64,000 nt of DNA from Clostridia bacterium (GCA_017453365.1 JAFTKH010000003.1:1866-65865), one strand, 5' to 3'. Shown: positions 44,507 through 54,761, numbered from the stretch's first letter. Numbers and translations are program-made. Notes: generated by a model from the sequence alone, not told the origin.

Positions 44507-44591
44507 TGGTGCGGATGACGGGACTTGAACCCACATGAATCGCTTCACTGGAACCTGAAACCAGCGCGTCTGCCAATTCCGCCACATCCGC
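44507..44591 (-). tRNA. tRNA-Leu (anticodon CAG), type II with long variable arm, CCA encoded
   Basis: The minus strand reads GCGGATGTGGCGGAATTGGCAGACGCGCTGGTTTCAGGTTCCAGTGAAGCGATTCATGTGGGTTCAAGTCCCGTCATCCGCACCA. The acceptor pair is GCGGATG/CATCCGC, the anticodon loop is TTCAGGT, and the T-arm is GTGGG-TTCAAGT-CCCGT. Confidence 0.9.
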
Positions 44592-44787
44592 ATATTAGGT
44601 TGAAAATGAAAGTGAAAAGTTAAAAAATATTCAGTGAAATTCACTTTCAATGCCTGTTCATTATAACAAATGAGTCTCTAAATGTCAAGAGGAGACGGAT
44701 TATTTTCTAAAAAAAGTTGAATTTCCAAAAGCCTTATGCTATAATGGCTTCGGGCGGTAGCCTGCTTACCAAAAAAGGAGAATAGCT

Positions 44788-46137
44788 ATGGAAGAAGCCA
44801 TCAAGAAAATTGAAGCGGCTGTTGATAAATACAGAAGCGGTATTATCGACGTTGCCAAATTTATGTGGGATAATCCCGAGACGGGATTTCGTGAGTGGCG
44901 CGCCACCCGGTACCTTGAGGAAAAATACGAGGCGCTCGGGTATAAGCTCGTGAAGGCTGAAAATATACCCGGATTTTATACAGTAATTGACACGGGTCGC
45001 CCCGGCCCTGAGATACTCGTGCTAGGAGAGCTCGACGCGCTCGCGTGTCCCGGGCACTTTCACGCCGACCCCACGACGGGAGCGGCGCACGCCTGCGGTC
45101 ACAATGCACAGTCTGCTGCTCTTTACGGTATTGCGGCGGCGCTCACCGAGGAGGGAATGCTCGACGGCCTTTCGGGAAGAATACGCCTGTGCGCCGTGCC
45201 CGCCGAGGAAACGGGCGAGCTCGCCTTCCGCGAGGAGCTTAAGAAGAACGGAATTATATCCTACTTCAGCGGTAAGCGCGAATTTATGCATCGCGGATAT
45301 TTTGACGGGGTCGATATGGCTATGCTCGTCCACACACTGCCCGTCGATTATTATTCGGTAGACGGCAGAGCCGTCGGCCTCGTTGCGAAGCGCGCGACCT
45401 TTAAGGGAGTGTCCGCGCACGCGGGAGCAAATCCCCACGAGGGAAGAAACGCCCTCTATGCCGCGACGCAGGGGCTCTCCGCGATAAACGCGATACGCGA
45501 GACCTTTCGCGATGACGACCACATCCGTGTTCACCCGATTATAACCGAGGGCGGCGGAGCGGTGAATACCATTCCCGACAGAGTAACCCTCGAGAGCTAC
45601 GTGCGAGGGCTCACGATAGAGGCTATCGCCGACGCCAACAGGCGCGTAAACAGAGCGCTCGCAGGCGCTGCAGTTTCACTCGGAGTCCAGCTCGAGATAT
45701 CCGACGTCGCAGGCTCAGCACCTATGATAGACAACCCCGAGCTCGCGAAGGTCGCAGGCGAGGCAATTCACAAGCTGCTCCCCGACGCAGAGTATCATTT
45801 CTTCGATAAGATAGTTACGGGCAGCACCGATATGGGTGACGTCTCCTGCATTATGCCTACGGTGCACGCCTATATTCCCGGCGTAGCAGGAAAGGGGCAC
45901 GGAAACGATTACCGTATCGTAGACCACGATATAGCCTGCCTTATGTCGGCGAAGTGGCAGCTTGCGATGCTCCGCATACTCCTTTCGAACGGGGCAGGGC
46001 GCGCGTATAGCATCCTAGAGGGCTTCACACCGCGCTTTTCCTCGGTAAGTGAGTTTCTCGATACGAAGTCTGATATGTCGGGTGAGGGTGACCGCATATT
46101 CTATGCAGATAACGGAGATATCTGTGTAAAACTATAG
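44788..46137 (+). CDS. M20 family metallopeptidase/amidohydrolase (AbgB-like)
   Basis: The E.GF.E..ATRYL start, the HACGHN metal site and overall length fit M20D amidohydrolases. Confidence 0.75.
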   Translation: MEEAIKKIEAAVDKYRSGIIDVAKFMWDNPETGFREWRATRYLEEKYEALGYKLVKAENIPGFYTVIDTGRPGPEILVLGELDALACPGHFHADPTTGAAHACGHNAQSAALYGIAAALTEEGMLDGLSGRIRLCAVPAEETGELAFREELKKNGIISYFSGKREFMHRGYFDGVDMAMLVHTLPVDYYSVDGRAVGLVAKRATFKGVSAHAGANPHEGRNALYAATQGLSAINAIRETFRDDDHIRVHPIITEGGGAVNTIPDRVTLESYVRGLTIEAIADANRRVNRALAGAAVSLGVQLEISDVAGSAPMIDNPELAKVAGEAIHKLLPDAEYHFFDKIVTGSTDMGDVSCIMPTVHAYIPGVAGKGHGNDYRIVDHDIACLMSAKWQLAMLRILLSNGAGRAYSILEGFTPRFSSVSEFLDTKSDMSGEGDRIFYADNGDICVKL

Positions 46138-46300
46138 TGATTTATGAAAACAGAAGAGAGAGCAGAGTGAAGAGCCCTGTTCTCTCTTTTCTTAATGTAT
46201 TAATTATATATTAAATTTTTAAAATAACTTGAATTACACGCTCCTTTATGCTACAATTATTTTAACTGTGATTTTTTTAAGTGTGTGAAAGGAGAGCCGC

Positions 46301-48076
46301 ATGATTTTCGGTAAGCATATAAATAAATACTACATAAAGCATCTGCCGATTCTCCTGCTCGGCATTTTTGCGCTTTTGCTGGTTGACTTTTTTCAGCTTA
46401 AGATACCCGAGCTTTACAGGATGATAATTAACGGCCTTGAGAACGGAAGCGTCGAGGTCGACGGCACAACGGTGCCCTTCGATATCGACTTTCTCCTAAA
46501 TGAGATATGTCTGCCGATGCTCGTTATAATCGCCGCCCTGATAGTCGGAAGATTTCTTTGGAGAATATGCTTCTTCGGTTCCGCGATAAAGGTTGAAACA
46601 GAAATTCGCTCTGAAATGTTTGACCGCTCTAAAAACCTCTCCCAACAGTTTTACCAGAAGAATAAGGTCGGTAATATGATGTCGCTTTATACCAACGACC
46701 TCGAAACCATAAACGAGTGCTTCGGCGACGGCGTGCTTATGATGTTCGACGCCCTTACGCTCGGCACTCTCGCTATAGTAAAAATGGCGAGAATGAATGG
46801 CATTTTAACGCTCCTTACACTTATTCCTATGGTCTTTCTTCTTGCCGTCGGAACGCTGGTTGGCAAGTATATGATGAAAAAGTGGGAGCAACGCCAGGAG
46901 GCCTTCTCCGCGCTCTCTGATTTCACTCAGGAGAATTTCTCCGGCATCGCGGTTGTTAAGGCATTCGTAAAGGAGTTTCGTGAGCTTTGGGCGTTCAAAA
47001 AGCTCAACCGTGATAATGAAAAGGCTAATATTGAGTTCACAAGAGCCTCTGTGCTTTTACATATATCGGTTACTCTCTTCGTTGAGTCGGTCATCTGTAT
47101 AATACTCGGCTACGGCGGGTACCTCGTGTATAAAGGCACCTTTAACGCAGGAGAGCTCATAGAATTTATCAGCTATTTCAACTCCATAGTATGGCCTGTT
47201 ATGGCCGTGTCGCAGCTCATCGATATGACCTCGAGAGGTAAGGCGTCCTTGAAACGCGTCAGCGAGCTTCTCGATGCCGAGATAGACGTGAAGGACAGAG
47301 AGGGAGTAGAGGACCTCGTGTCCGTGCGCGGTGATATCGAGTTTAAAAATCTCACCTTCCGCTACCCCGACGGCGATTACGATGCACTCGAGGACGTCTC
47401 CTTTAAAATAAATGCAGGAGAGAACGTCGGCATTATCGGAAAAACGGGTTCGGGAAAGACAACTATTGTTGACCTTATCCTTCGCACCTACAATGTGCCC
47501 GACGGAACTGTGTTCGTGGATGGAAGGGACGTAAACGACGTATCGATACACTCGCTCCGTGCGAGCGCCGCATACGTGCCGCAGGATAATTTTCTCTTCA
47601 GCGACACGATAGCGAAAAATATAGCCTTTGCTTCGGATACAGAGGATATAGCTCTTGTTAAGGAGGCGGCGCGTCTGGCCGACGTGCACGACAATATATC
47701 GGAGTTTTCCGAGGAGTACGAAACCGTGCTCGGAGAGCGCGGTGTCACCGTTTCGGGAGGACAGAAGCAGCGTATCTCGATAGCACGCGCGCTTATGAAG
47801 GACGCAGCGATACTTATACTCGACGACTCGGTAAGTGCTGTCGACACGAAGACCGAGGAGGTTATAATCGAAAATCTCAAAATGACGCGTAAGGGCAAAA
47901 CAACGATACTGATAGCCCACCGCATCTCTACTATAGAAAAGATGGATAAGATAATATTCATCGATGACGGACGTGTCGTAGGTGTTGGCACTCATGAGGA
48001 GCTGGTGGCGGCATATCCCGCATATAACACTATGGTCGAGCTGCAGAAGCTCGAGGATGAGAGGGGGAGGCAATAA
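46301..48076 (+). CDS. ABC exporter fused permease/ATPase, subunit 1
   Basis: Six-TM domain plus Walker A GKTGSGKTT, signature VSGGQKQRISIARA and Walker B ILILDDS. Confidence 0.9.
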   Translation: MIFGKHINKYYIKHLPILLLGIFALLLVDFFQLKIPELYRMIINGLENGSVEVDGTTVPFDIDFLLNEICLPMLVIIAALIVGRFLWRICFFGSAIKVETEIRSEMFDRSKNLSQQFYQKNKVGNMMSLYTNDLETINECFGDGVLMMFDALTLGTLAIVKMARMNGILTLLTLIPMVFLLAVGTLVGKYMMKKWEQRQEAFSALSDFTQENFSGIAVVKAFVKEFRELWAFKKLNRDNEKANIEFTRASVLLHISVTLFVESVICIILGYGGYLVYKGTFNAGELIEFISYFNSIVWPVMAVSQLIDMTSRGKASLKRVSELLDAEIDVKDREGVEDLVSVRGDIEFKNLTFRYPDGDYDALEDVSFKINAGENVGIIGKTGSGKTTIVDLILRTYNVPDGTVFVDGRDVNDVSIHSLRASAAYVPQDNFLFSDTIAKNIAFASDTEDIALVKEAARLADVHDNISEFSEEYETVLGERGVTVSGGQKQRISIARALMKDAAILILDDSVSAVDTKTEEVIIENLKMTRKGKTTILIAHRISTIEKMDKIIFIDDGRVVGVGTHEELVAAYPAYNTMVELQKLEDERGRQ

Positions 48077-49977
48077 TGACAGAGCTTGGAAAGCTGTATC
48101 CCATTCTTATTCTAGGGGCAATTATCGGACTTATGTCCATAGTCTTCACCGTGGCGTACGCTATGATGAAGAATAAGAAGGAAGCAATAGGCTTCGACAG
48201 AAATATGAAGGACACGGAGATTGTAAGAAGGCTTCTTGTTTATGCGAAGCCTCACTGGAAAAGCTTCGTCCTCGTATGGATAATAATGCTGATATCGATA
48301 GCGTACGATATAATATCTCCGCTTCTTATCGGACGGATACAGCTCGTCATTTCCGAGAGCTTCGAGATGTATGAGCTGCTCTCTATCGTTGCGGTATACG
48401 CAGGAATACTTATAGTATCGCTCATATCCACCTACGTCCAGTCGCTGATTTTGCAGAAGGTCGGACAGAAAATACTATCGAAGCTCCGCGAGGACACCTT
48501 CGTGCATATCGAGAGTCTCTCGCACGCCCAGCTTCACTCGATGCCCGTAGGAAAGCTAGTTACGCGGGTTACGAACGATTCGAACGCTATATCGATGATG
48601 TTTACAAACCTTCTTGTAAACCTTCTTAAGAACTGCTTTATCATAATAGGCGTCTTTACCGCTATGCTTTGCTTAAACTACGCCTTAACCCTTATGATAC
48701 TTTGCTTTGTTCCGTTTATTATTCTCTTCACGGTTATATTCAGAAAGTTCACAAGAAGTGCCTTCCGTAAGGTGAAGGACAGGACGACGGATATAAACAC
48801 CTTCCTTTCGGAAAACCTTTCGGGTATAAAAATTACCCAGATATTCAACAGAGAGGAGCGTAAATTCTCGGAGTTCGACGAGAAGAACCGTGCCCTCGGA
48901 GAGGCGAAGCGCCGACAGATACTCACCTTTGCTATCTTCCGTCCCACGGTCTATATGCTCTATATATCGTCGAATCTCTGCCTGTTTTATATGGCCTCGA
49001 GAGGGTATATTGACGGCCTTTCCTTCTTTGGACAGAAGATAACGGCAGACGTTCTTATTTCCTTTTATATGTATATAACGAAATTCTTCAACCCGATACA
49101 GAACCTTGCCGAGCAGTTTAACAGGCTGCAGTCGGCGTTTGCCTCTGCGGAGAAGATTTTTACGATACTAGATATGGAGCCCGACGTTGTCGACGAGCCC
49201 GATGCAATAGAGCTCGACGGTGTGAGGGGTGATATTGAATTTCGTAACGTTTGGTTTGCATATAATGAGGACGAATGGGTGCTCCGTAACGTATCCTTCC
49301 GCGTAAATGCGCGTGAAACGGTAGCCTTCGTTGGCTCTACGGGCTCCGGTAAGACGACTATACTCTCACTTATCTGCCGTAACTACGATATACAAAAGGG
49401 CGAAATACTTATCGACGGAATTAATATAAGGAAAATAAAAATTTCCTCACTCCGCCGTCATTTTGGTCAGATGCTACAGGACGTCTTCCTCTTCTCGGGA
49501 ACAATACGCTCTAATATCGTTCTTCGCGACGATACTATTCCCGACGAGGAAATAATCCGTACCTGCGAGTACGTAAACGCAAATCATTTCATAAACAAGC
49601 TTGAACGCGGGCTTGACGAGGAGGTCAGAGAGCGCGGCAATAATTTCTCCGCAGGACAGAGACAGCTGCTCTCCTTCGCCAGAACGATAGTGCATAAGCC
49701 GTCTGTGATGATACTTGATGAGGCGACGGCCAATATCGATACCGAAACCGAGGTGCTGATACAGGACTCGCTCGAGAAGATGAGAAACATAGGCACGATG
49801 CTTATCGTGGCGCACCGCCTGTCGACCATACAGCACGCGGATAATATTATCGTCCTCTCCCACGGTGAGATAGTGGAAATGGGCAATCATTTTGAGTTGC
49901 TTGAGAAGCGCGGTAAATATTACGGACTGTATATGCTTCAATTCAAGCGCGAACAGCTAACAGCTAAAAATAGCTGA
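48076..49977 (+). CDS. ABC exporter fused permease/ATPase, subunit 2
   Basis: Walker A GSTGSGKTT, signature FSAGQRQLLSFART, Walker B VMILDEAT. Its start overlaps the subunit 1 stop, consistent with a heterodimeric exporter. Confidence 0.9.
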   Translation: MTELGKLYPILILGAIIGLMSIVFTVAYAMMKNKKEAIGFDRNMKDTEIVRRLLVYAKPHWKSFVLVWIIMLISIAYDIISPLLIGRIQLVISESFEMYELLSIVAVYAGILIVSLISTYVQSLILQKVGQKILSKLREDTFVHIESLSHAQLHSMPVGKLVTRVTNDSNAISMMFTNLLVNLLKNCFIIIGVFTAMLCLNYALTLMILCFVPFIILFTVIFRKFTRSAFRKVKDRTTDINTFLSENLSGIKITQIFNREERKFSEFDEKNRALGEAKRRQILTFAIFRPTVYMLYISSNLCLFYMASRGYIDGLSFFGQKITADVLISFYMYITKFFNPIQNLAEQFNRLQSAFASAEKIFTILDMEPDVVDEPDAIELDGVRGDIEFRNVWFAYNEDEWVLRNVSFRVNARETVAFVGSTGSGKTTILSLICRNYDIQKGEILIDGINIRKIKISSLRRHFGQMLQDVFLFSGTIRSNIVLRDDTIPDEEIIRTCEYVNANHFINKLERGLDEEVRERGNNFSAGQRQLLSFARTIVHKPSVMILDEATANIDTETEVLIQDSLEKMRNIGTMLIVAHRLSTIQHADNIIVLSHGEIVEMGNHFELLEKRGKYYGLYMLQFKREQLTAKNS

Positions 49978-50020
49978 CAGCTAAAATCAGCTAAAAACAG
50001 TTGAAACACCGAGGTGAAAA

Positions 50021-50734
50021 ATGCGAATAGATAAATTTCTCTCGGATATGGGAGTTGCCACGCGTAAAGAGGCGAAGGACAGCGCGAAGCGCGGAGGGGT
50101 GCAGATAGACGGCGTTGCCGTGCGCGACGTGTCGGCGCATATCGACCCCGAGCGCGTCACGGTCAGCTACCTCGGCAGAGTGGTAGAGTATAAGCCTTAC
50201 GTGTACGTAATGCTCAATAAGCCCGAGGGCTATGTCAGTGCGACCGAGGACTCGCGTCTCCCCGTTGTGACCGAGCTTCTTCCCGAGGAGCTCAGGAGGC
50301 GCAGCCTCTTTCCCGTAGGAAGACTCGACAGAGATACGACGGGACTTATGATACTCACCGATAACGGAAAGCTCGCGCACGCGCTGCTTTCTCCGCGCGG
50401 CCACGTAAGAAAGGTGTATAGCTTTTCGGCTGCCGAGCCGCTGCGCGCCGGCGTCGAGGAGGAGTTTCGAGATGGCGTTGTCCTTGCCGATGGATATGAA
50501 TGTAAAAGTGCGAAGATTACGCTTGATGAGGTGCGTACCTCGGGATTTATAACCCTCACCGAGGGAAAGTATCATCAGATAAAGAGAATGGTAGCCTCGA
50601 CGGGAAATAAAGTTACACGCCTCGAGCGTGTGAGCTTCGGAGAGGTGACGCTTGATGCCTCGCTGGAACGCGGCGAGTGGCGATATCTTACCGACTCGGA
50701 AATAAAAACGCTTACAGACGCCCTTGGCGTATAA
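50021..50734 (+). CDS. rsuA: 16S rRNA pseudouridine synthase (RsuA/RluB family)
   Basis: S4 domain MRIDKFLSDMGVATRKEAK and the catalytic GRLDRDTTGL motif. Confidence 0.85.
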   Translation: MRIDKFLSDMGVATRKEAKDSAKRGGVQIDGVAVRDVSAHIDPERVTVSYLGRVVEYKPYVYVMLNKPEGYVSATEDSRLPVVTELLPEELRRRSLFPVGRLDRDTTGLMILTDNGKLAHALLSPRGHVRKVYSFSAAEPLRAGVEEEFRDGVVLADGYECKSAKITLDEVRTSGFITLTEGKYHQIKRMVASTGNKVTRLERVSFGEVTLDASLERGEWRYLTDSEIKTLTDALGV

Positions 50735-50768
50735 GTAAATAAACGTTAGCAAATATAAGGAGCTTATA

Positions 50769-52964
50769 ATGGACATTTTAAAGACACTCGCAGAAGAATT
50801 TAAGATTGGAGAGGAGCAGGTTTCTGCCACCGTCGCGCTTATTGACGAGGGAAATACCATACCCTTCATTTCGAGATACCGTAAGGAGGTTACCGGAAGC
50901 CTTGACGATGCAACGCTCCGCGACCTTTTCGACAGATTACAGTATCTCCGTAATTTTGAGGAGCGCCGCGTGCAGATATCGGGTATTATCGAGGAGCAGG
51001 GGAATCTTACTCCCGAGATAACCTTCGCACTTAACAATGCGAAAACGCTCGTTGAGCTTGAGGATATATACAGGCCTTTTAAGCCGAAGCGCACGACAAG
51101 AGGCTCGATTGCCCGCGCGAAGGGGCTTCTCCCTCTGGCGGAGTATATTATGGAGCAGCGCGATGCCTATGACCCCGAAATAGAGGTATATGCCGAAGAG
51201 TTCATCTCTGCCGAGGAGGGAAAGGAGGTGCCCGATGCGGCGGCAGCTCTTGCGGGTGCGTCCGACATTATCGCCGAGGATATATCGAATGATGCAGAGA
51301 TAAGGAAGGCTCTCCGTGAGCTTGCTATGAAGGTCGGAGCAATAACTACGAAGGCCGCGAAGGACGAGCCCTCGGTCTACGAGAATTACTATGATTTCTC
51401 CGAGCCGATAAAGAAGCTTAAGGGGCATAGAGTCTTGGCTATAAACAGAGGTGAGAAGGAGGATTTCTTAAAGGTGTCCGTGACTCTCGCCGAGGAGGAT
51501 GGAATTGCCGAGATAGTGTCGAAGGTCGTTACGAATAAGCAGTCCCCGGCGCTTCCTCGCATTATGGAAACGATAAGGGATGCCTACGATAGACTCCTTT
51601 TCCCTGCTATAGAGCGCGAGGTGCGTTCCTCGCTCTTCGACGATGCGGCGGAGGGCGCGCTTAAGGTGTTCGCGGAAAACCTTCGTAACCTTCTCCTCGT
51701 GTCGCCTCTTAAGGGTAAGACCGTGCTCGGCTACGATCCCGGATATGGCCACGGCTGTAAGCTTGCGGTCGTCGATAAAACGGGTAAGGTGCTCGATACT
51801 GCGGTGATATATCCCTTCCGCTCGAAGGGCAGAGACAACGAGGACGACCTCGAGCGTGCGAAGGCGGTAGTTCTCCGTCTTATAAAGCGCCACGAGGTAG
51901 ACGTCGTGTCGATAGGTAACGGCACAGCCTCGCGCGAGAGTGAAAAATTCATCGCGGAGCGTGTCATAAAGGACCCTGCCTGCCCGAAGGGGGTAAAGTA
52001 TACCATAGTTTCCGAGGCGGGCGCGTCCGTCTATTCCGCATCGAAGCTCGCGACCGAGGAGTTTCCCGACTTTGACGTTATGCAGAGGAGTGCTGTGTCG
52101 ATAGCCAGAAGGCTTCAGGACCCCCTCGCCGAGCTCGTTAAAATAGAGCCGAAGGCAATCGGTGTCGGCCAGTATCAGCACGATATGAAGCAGGCGAGGC
52201 TTAACGAGGCTCTCGGCGGTGTTGTCGAGGACTGCGTTAACGGTGTCGGCGTTGACCTTAATACCGCATCCTATTCGTTGCTCTCCTACGTGTCGGGAAT
52301 CAATGCAACAGCCGCGAAAAATATTGTAAAATACCGCGAGGAGAACGGTGAGTTTACGACCAGGCGTCAGCTTCTTAAGGTGCCGAAGATAGGCGAGAAG
52401 GCGTTCTTGCAGTGCGCGGGCTTCCTTCGTGTTCCGGGCGGCCGCGAGGTGCTCGACAATACGGGTGTTCACCCCGAGTCCTACGCTGTAGCGGAGGAGC
52501 TTCTCCATAGGTTTGAATTCACGCTCGAGGACGTGAAGGCGGGTAACCTCGTGCTCCTGCGCTTTAAGGCAGAGAAATACGGTATTGCGAAGCTCGCACG
52601 CGAGCTTGGCTGCGGTGAGCCTACCTTAAACGACATAATCTCCGAGCTGGAGAAGCCCGGCCGCGATATAAGAGACGATGCTCCCGCTCCCGTTCTCTCG
52701 ACCGACATTCTCGAGATAACCGACCTTAAGCCGGGTATGCAGCTTAAGGGAACTGTAAGGAACGTAATAGACTTCGGTTGCTTCGTCGATATCGGCGTAC
52801 ACCACGACGGCCTTCTGCACATCTCCGAGATGTCCGACAGATATATTAAGCACCCGTCCGAGCTCTTCTCGGTTGGCGACGTTATTGAGGTAATTATCAA
52901 GGACGTGAACGTTGAGAAGCATAGAATATCTCTTACGAGAAAAGCGCTTAACGCGAAGAAGTAA
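50769..52964 (+). CDS. tex: Tex-like RNA-binding transcription accessory protein
   Basis: IPFISRYRKE N-terminus, YqgF-like and HhH domains, and a C-terminal S1 domain (GTVRNVIDFGCFVDIG...HISEM). Confidence 0.9.
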   Translation: MDILKTLAEEFKIGEEQVSATVALIDEGNTIPFISRYRKEVTGSLDDATLRDLFDRLQYLRNFEERRVQISGIIEEQGNLTPEITFALNNAKTLVELEDIYRPFKPKRTTRGSIARAKGLLPLAEYIMEQRDAYDPEIEVYAEEFISAEEGKEVPDAAAALAGASDIIAEDISNDAEIRKALRELAMKVGAITTKAAKDEPSVYENYYDFSEPIKKLKGHRVLAINRGEKEDFLKVSVTLAEEDGIAEIVSKVVTNKQSPALPRIMETIRDAYDRLLFPAIEREVRSSLFDDAAEGALKVFAENLRNLLLVSPLKGKTVLGYDPGYGHGCKLAVVDKTGKVLDTAVIYPFRSKGRDNEDDLERAKAVVLRLIKRHEVDVVSIGNGTASRESEKFIAERVIKDPACPKGVKYTIVSEAGASVYSASKLATEEFPDFDVMQRSAVSIARRLQDPLAELVKIEPKAIGVGQYQHDMKQARLNEALGGVVEDCVNGVGVDLNTASYSLLSYVSGINATAAKNIVKYREENGEFTTRRQLLKVPKIGEKAFLQCAGFLRVPGGREVLDNTGVHPESYAVAEELLHRFEFTLEDVKAGNLVLLRFKAEKYGIAKLARELGCGEPTLNDIISELEKPGRDIRDDAPAPVLSTDILEITDLKPGMQLKGTVRNVIDFGCFVDIGVHHDGLLHISEMSDRYIKHPSELFSVGDVIEVIIKDVNVEKHRISLTRKALNAKK

Positions 52965-52981
52965 GAAAAGAGAATAAAAGA

Positions 52982-53010
52982 GAAGCAAGTGCCGTTTCGG
53001 CACTTGCTTC
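52982..53010. terminator. bidirectional terminator between tex and the convergent SGNH gene
   Basis: gaagcaagtgccg-ttt-cggcacttgcttc, a perfect 13-bp stem. Confidence 0.75.
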
Positions 53011-53012
53011 CT

Positions 53013-54062
53013 TTATTTCTTTTCAAGTATTTTTTTAAGCACGGGTATGAGTGTTTTCGCCATAGAGTAAAATCCGAGGTCGGTAGGATGGCAGCCGTCG
53101 ACCGTGCCGTGCTCGCGTGCGAACTTCATAAGCGCAGTGCCGGGAATGAAATACACGTTTTCGTCTCCTCTTGCTACCGCATTGTCGTACGTCCTCTTTA
53201 TAATCGCGAGCCTCGTCTTCTCGACGTCCGTAAGATAGTATTTCGGGCGGGATAGGATAACTATGGGGAGGGTGGGCTGAGCCTCTCTTACTGTTCTGAA
53301 CATTTTCTCGTGCGTAGCCTCGAGGTGCTCGAGTGAGGGGGCGTTGTGGTCGTAATCGTATACGAAGACCGACATATCGAGCCCTGCTACGTACTCTGCC
53401 ATAATATCCTCGCCCTTCGCGTTGCCCGAGAAGCCGAGGTTCACGTAGTTCGTGCTGAGAGCACGGGAGATGAAGCCCTGATAGGAGTTTCCGGGACGAG
53501 ACGCGCAGCCGCCCTGAGTTATGGACGAGCCGTAGAATACTATCGGTTGTTCGTACTTATAGCCCTCGGTCGGGAGAATTTTCGCGTTTTCCGAAAGACC
53601 TATATAAACAGCCTCGACGTGGGTATAAAGGGGGAAGTTTATCGTTATCTCTCGCATTCTCCGGCTTTCGAATTTCGCGACGCTCTCAAATCCGTCTGTC
53701 ATTTCGAAGGGCGGGCGAAATGATGCAAAGAAACGCTCGTTTTTACCTACGTAAAGGTCGAAGCCGTGAGAACCTATTGCCGCCATGTGCGTCATGTGGT
53801 GAGGCTCGACTTTTGTTGATATCGCGACGTAGGAGCTATTGGTCCTGAATTTAATTCTTCCGCCGGCGGTATTCTTCGAAAGGTATAGGATGTTTGGATT
53901 TAGAGAGGCTGCAATATTCTCCGGCATTCTTCTGTAAAGGCCGTTTTCGTAATTAACACCGTAAATCGAAAACGGCAGACACCTAGGGTCGTAGAATACC
54001 ACGTCCTGAAGGTCGAGCTTTGTTTCAATTTTAAAATTTTTATCTATTTCGTCGAATCTCAT
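53013..54062 (-). CDS. SGNH/GDSL hydrolase with an N-terminal beta-sandwich domain (carbohydrate esterase-like)
   Basis: FYGSSITQG (block I Ser), GFSGNA, and a DGCHPTDLG (block V Asp/His) C-terminal domain after an N-domain of about 170 aa. Confidence 0.75.
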   Translation of the reverse strand: MRFDEIDKNFKIETKLDLQDVVFYDPRCLPFSIYGVNYENGLYRRMPENIAASLNPNILYLSKNTAGGRIKFRTNSSYVAISTKVEPHHMTHMAAIGSHGFDLYVGKNERFFASFRPPFEMTDGFESVAKFESRRMREITINFPLYTHVEAVYIGLSENAKILPTEGYKYEQPIVFYGSSITQGGCASRPGNSYQGFISRALSTNYVNLGFSGNAKGEDIMAEYVAGLDMSVFVYDYDHNAPSLEHLEATHEKMFRTVREAQPTLPIVILSRPKYYLTDVEKTRLAIIKRTYDNAVARGDENVYFIPGTALMKFAREHGTVDGCHPTDLGFYSMAKTLIPVLKKILEKK

Positions 54063-54071
54063 ATTTCACCT

Positions 54072-54761
54072 TTAGAGCGTTTTCAACCATGCTTCTATTT
54101 TATCGCAGTAATATTTTCTGTATCCCGCTTCGTTCGGATGCCAGCCGTCACCGTTGTTCGTGTACGCTTGTCTCACCGCGTAGAGCTCGGGGTCGCCCTC
54201 CGGTGTGAAATAGGCGAAGGGAGGGACGGTAATATTAAGGTCGAGGAAGGGAACTCCCCATTTCTCACAGCACAGCTTTGCCGTAAGGTAGAAATTGTCC
54301 TCTCCCTTGTACTCGGAGGAAAAATGACGAGTCATCTTGTGTACCGCTATGTAGCCCATTTTCTTGCCGTGAAAGCGTATCAGGAGCTGCTTTAGCATAG
54401 ACTCGAAAGCACCCGCGAAGGTCGTGTCGTCGAGCTCGGCACCGTAGCCCTTGGAGATAGTACCGAGGGCGGGATTGCCGCCACCGCCAAAAAGGGACGC
54501 GTCGTTAACGCCGCCCTCGATTATGGCAAAGTCTGCATCGGCATCCATTTTGTCTATTGTACGGCATATCCAGTGGCGCGGCCGGCCGTCGTCATAATAG
54601 GTTTCGGCGGCGACAGTGCCGCCGCCTATAGCGACGTTCTGATATTGCATATTGTTTCGCTCCGCGATTATTCTGCCGTAGCCGCCGGCGAAGGCTGCGC
54701 CCGAGCAAATACTGTCACCGTTGAAGGTTATTTTCTTTCCGTAAAGCCTTGAATTGTTCAT
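54072..54761 (-). CDS. SGNH/GDSL hydrolase (paralogue A)
   Basis: FNGDSICSG (block I), GGVND, DGWHPNEAGY (block V). Confidence 0.8.
   Translation of the reverse strand: MNNSRLYGKKITFNGDSICSGAAFAGGYGRIIAERNNMQYQNVAIGGGTVAAETYYDDGRPRHWICRTIDKMDADADFAIIEGGVNDASLFGGGGNPALGTISKGYGAELDDTTFAGAFESMLKQLLIRFHGKKMGYIAVHKMTRHFSSEYKGEDNFYLTAKLCCEKWGVPFLDLNITVPPFAYFTPEGDPELYAVRQAYTNNGDGWHPNEAGYRKYYCDKIEAWLKTL

Noticed and set aside
49991-52508. Two long minus-strand ORFs: 49991..51094 (367 aa) and 51468..52508 (346 aa).
   Set aside because: They are antisense to rsuA and tex, both of which have clear family motifs on the plus strand. Similar shadow ORFs at 1943..2908, 21950..22651, 25469..26062, 47057..48073 and 61522..62337 were rejected for the same reason.
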